DNA of 64,000 nucleotides from an uncultured Acidobacteriota bacterium (GTDB taxonomy: Bacteria > Acidobacteriota > Thermoanaerobaculia > Gp7-AA8): the NCBI GenBank assembly GCA_963822445.1, contig CAWGHO010000003.1:1440001-1504000 (forward strand), in the 5' to 3' direction. This document shows positions 61,372 through 64,000 of this stretch, one piece after another. A model generated the notes under the pieces. It saw only the letters and a list, made by a program, of their open reading frames with translations, searched no databases and was not told where the DNA came from. A program made the position numbers and the translations under genes. How positions within the stretch are numbered: the first letter of the stretch is position 1; every line of letters starts with the position of its first letter.

Positions 61372-63955
61372 TTCGTACGATCGCGCGCTCGATCTGCCGC
61401 CCGCGCAACGCGAGGCGTTTCTCGCCGGCCATTGCTCGGATGACGTGCGGCACGAAGTGGAAGCGATGCTGCGCGAGCACGAGCCGCTCGAGATCGAAAG
61501 CGAGCTGCTCGCAGTTTCCGACGCGACTCTCGCCGAAGGAACGCGGATCGGCAGCTATCGCGTCAAGTCGTGGATCGGGCAGGGCGGGATGGGGGAGGTT
61601 TATCTCGCCGCGCGCGTGGACGCAGGTTTCGAACAGCTCGTGGCGATCAAAGTTCTGCGCGTGCCGTACGGCGGTCGCGATGCCGCGGCGCGCTTCCGCC
61701 GCGAGCGCCGCATCCTCGCGCATCTCGCCCATCCCGCGGTCGTCCCTCTTCTCGACAGCGGCGTCACGTCCGACGGGCGGCCGTATCTCGTCCTGCAATA
61801 CGTCGAAGGGTTGCCGATCACGCGCTATTGCGACGAGAAAAAGCTGTCGGTCGATGCGCGGCTGCGGCTCTTCGTCGACGTCTGTCGCGCGGTGCAGTAC
61901 GCGCACGGCCGGCTGATCATTCACCGCGATCTGAAACCGTCGAACATCCTCGTTACGCCCGAGGGGGAGCCGCGGCTGCTCGATTTCGGGATCGCGAAGG
62001 TGCTCGCGTCGGAGGGCGATGATCCGGAGACGCAGGTCACGCATCTCCAAGGCGCGCCGATGACTCCCGAGCGGGCGGCGCCGGAGCAGCTGCGCGGCGA
62101 GCTGTCGTCCACTGCCACCGACGTCTGGGCTCTCGGCGTTCTGCTGTACGAATTGGTCAAGGGCAAGCTCCCGTTCGCGGTGACCGGCCGTTCGCGGGAG
62201 GAGATCGAGCGAGCGGTGACCGCGGAACCGGAGCCGATGCGCCTTCGCCTGCGCGGCGATCTCGACACTGTCGTCGCGGTCGCACTGCGACTCGAACCGG
62301 ACCAACGCTACGCCTCGGCCGGCCAACTGGCCGACGACGTCGAGCGCGTTCTCGCCGGCCAGCCCATCCTCGCCCGTCCGCACGGCCTCGGCTATCGCGT
62401 CCGGCGGTTCGTCGGGCGCAATCACGCCGCCGTCGCCGCGAGCACGCTGGCGTTCGTATGTCTGATCGCGTTTTCCGTCGCGTCGATCGTGCAGGCGCGG
62501 CAGGTGATCCGCGAACGCGATCGCGCCGCGGCGGAAGAGGTGAAGGCGAACGCGGTCGTCGATCTGCTCGTGGAAGTGCTCGGCGGCGCCGCGCCGACCG
62601 CGGGGGCTCGAGGGGCGGTGGTGAACGTCGACGAGCTCCTCGCACGCGGCGAGAAGCGGGCTCGCGACCTCGACGGCCAGCCGGAGATCCAGGCCCGGCT
62701 GTGGCACGTACTCGGAAAAATTCAGCTCGACCGCAGCGGTCTCAGGAAAGCGCGGGAGCTTTTCGAGCTTGCGTACGCACGCGAGGCCGCGGTGGCCGGC
62801 GCGGGCGCCGCGCGGAGCCTGGAGATGGCGCTCGACCTCGCAAATGCCGAGCAGAAGCTGGGCAACAACCCGGCCGCGGAGAAGATCCTGCGCGGCATCA
62901 TCGCGCGCGTCGAGCGCGACGGCGGCGGCCCGGAGATTCACGCGAACGCGCTCAATCAACTCGGAACGCTGGTCAAAGACGAGCCGCTTCTGCAGCGCGC
63001 TCTCGGGCTGCGAAGAGCGATCGCCCCTCCGAAACCGATGCTGGTCGCCGACACGCTGAACGAGCTGGGAACGCTTGCGTACGAGGCTGGTGTACGCGAT
63101 ACGGCGGAGCGCTATTGGCGCGAATCGCTGGCGCTGGCGACCGCGGCGCTCGGCGCCGACCACCCGCAAGTGCTTTCCGTGAAGTCCCATCTCTCGCTGG
63201 TCGTCTCCGATGACGCGGAGCAGGAAGCGCTGTTCCGGAGCCTCATCGCATCGCACGAGACCCGGTTCGGCCGCAACAGCAGTGAGGCCGCACTCGCGTG
63301 GAACAACATGGGCGTGGCCATGGCCCGGCGCGGCAACCTCGCGGGCGCCCTCGCGGCATTCCGCGAGTCGGTCGATCGATGGACGATCATCGCCGGCCGC
63401 GATCATCCTCATACGCTCAACACGCGGAGGAGCATCGGCCGGATCTTCGAATTGACGGGAGATCACGAGAGTGCGTTGCGACACCTGCAGGCGGTGATCG
63501 CGGTGCTGCGCCGCCGGGGAACGGAGGAGGCGTTCCTGGCTGGCGTGCGCTCACAGGCCGCGATGGTGCTGTTGCGGGTCGGCCGGCCGGCGGAGGCGGA
63601 ACGCGAGGCGAGCCTTGCCCTGGCGGAGCTGAAACGTCTGGCGCCTGAGACCGCGAGCGCGCGCATCGGTGCACAGCTCATTCACGGAACGATCCTGTTG
63701 GCGCGGGGGCGGGCGGCGGAAGCGGAGGCGGAACTGCGGCCGCTCGTGCCTCTGCTCGCCGCGGTCCATCCGGCGGGCGACCCGCGCATCGCCGAGGCGC
63801 AAGTGATGCTCGCGCGAGCGGTGATCGCGCGGGGCCGGGTGGGGGAGGGGCGCGCAATCCTGGAAAAGCACCTCCCGGTATTTGCGGGTTATGGACTCGC
63901 GCATCCGGATGATGTCGCCGCAGCGCAGAGGGCAATGTCCGGATCTGCGCCGTAA
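61352..63955 (+). CDS. Membrane Ser/Thr protein kinase with extracytoplasmic TPR domain
   Basis: GQGGMG, VAIK, HRDLKPSN, DFG, APEQ; TM near residue 360-380; TPR repeats. Confidence 0.92.
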   Translation: MWDEIADSYDRALDLPPAQREAFLAGHCSDDVRHEVEAMLREHEPLEIESELLAVSDATLAEGTRIGSYRVKSWIGQGGMGEVYLAARVDAGFEQLVAIKVLRVPYGGRDAAARFRRERRILAHLAHPAVVPLLDSGVTSDGRPYLVLQYVEGLPITRYCDEKKLSVDARLRLFVDVCRAVQYAHGRLIIHRDLKPSNILVTPEGEPRLLDFGIAKVLASEGDDPETQVTHLQGAPMTPERAAPEQLRGELSSTATDVWALGVLLYELVKGKLPFAVTGRSREEIERAVTAEPEPMRLRLRGDLDTVVAVALRLEPDQRYASAGQLADDVERVLAGQPILARPHGLGYRVRRFVGRNHAAVAASTLAFVCLIAFSVASIVQARQVIRERDRAAAEEVKANAVVDLLVEVLGGAAPTAGARGAVVNVDELLARGEKRARDLDGQPEIQARLWHVLGKIQLDRSGLRKARELFELAYAREAAVAGAGAARSLEMALDLANAEQKLGNNPAAEKILRGIIARVERDGGGPEIHANALNQLGTLVKDEPLLQRALGLRRAIAPPKPMLVADTLNELGTLAYEAGVRDTAERYWRESLALATAALGADHPQVLSVKSHLSLVVSDDAEQEALFRSLIASHETRFGRNSSEAALAWNNMGVAMARRGNLAGALAAFRESVDRWTIIAGRDHPHTLNTRRSIGRIFELTGDHESALRHLQAVIAVLRRRGTEEAFLAGVRSQAAMVLLRVGRPAEAEREASLALAELKRLAPETASARIGAQLIHGTILLARGRAAEAEAELRPLVPLLAAVHPAGDPRIAEAQVMLARAVIARGRVGEGRAILEKHLPVFAGYGLAHPDDVAAAQRAMSGSAP

Positions 63956-63982
63956 TGTCGCGAAGGAAAGCAGGAGGAGATC

Positions 63983-64000
63983 ATGAACCTGCTTGTCCGT
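63983..64000 (+). CDS. Start of the next gene (cut by the window end)
   Basis: AGGAGGAG RBS followed by ATG. Confidence 0.4.

Overview
High-GC bacterial chromosomal window. The gene repertoire (GWxTD protein, TonB-ExbB-ExbD-ExbD operon, carboxypeptidase-domain TonB receptor, ECF plus Ser/Thr kinase pair) suggests Acidobacteriota; this is inference. About 55 genes and one tRNA-Leu(CAA) are visible. Main blocks: (1) a membrane-associated polyamine module (speD, DUF4178-like, an unlisted 58-aa Gly-rich peptide ending GGK, DUF350, TM-fused speE, FAD oxidoreductase), with a convergent SPFH/Zn-ribbon pair and a second spermidine-synthase-like membrane protein; (2) an IS110 element whose long left non-coding end looks like a bridge RNA carrying a guide complementary to its own insertion flank; (3) acyl-CoA and leucine metabolism genes and two paralogous S8 proteases with Glu at the catalytic Asp position; (4) a BMP-family ABC transporter, ribBA and a TDO-like oxygenase; (5) three small toxin-antitoxin-type cassettes; (6) an M23 peptidase with a bactofilin-like partner; (7) kinase/ECF signalling genes. 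The most striking non-coding signal is five inverted tandem 7-8-mer elements that share one architecture but have different unit sequences. Several conserved genes carry single-base frameshifts, most likely assembly errors. No CRISPR array, prophage or rRNA was seen. All family calls come from motif recognition by eye, not from database searches.
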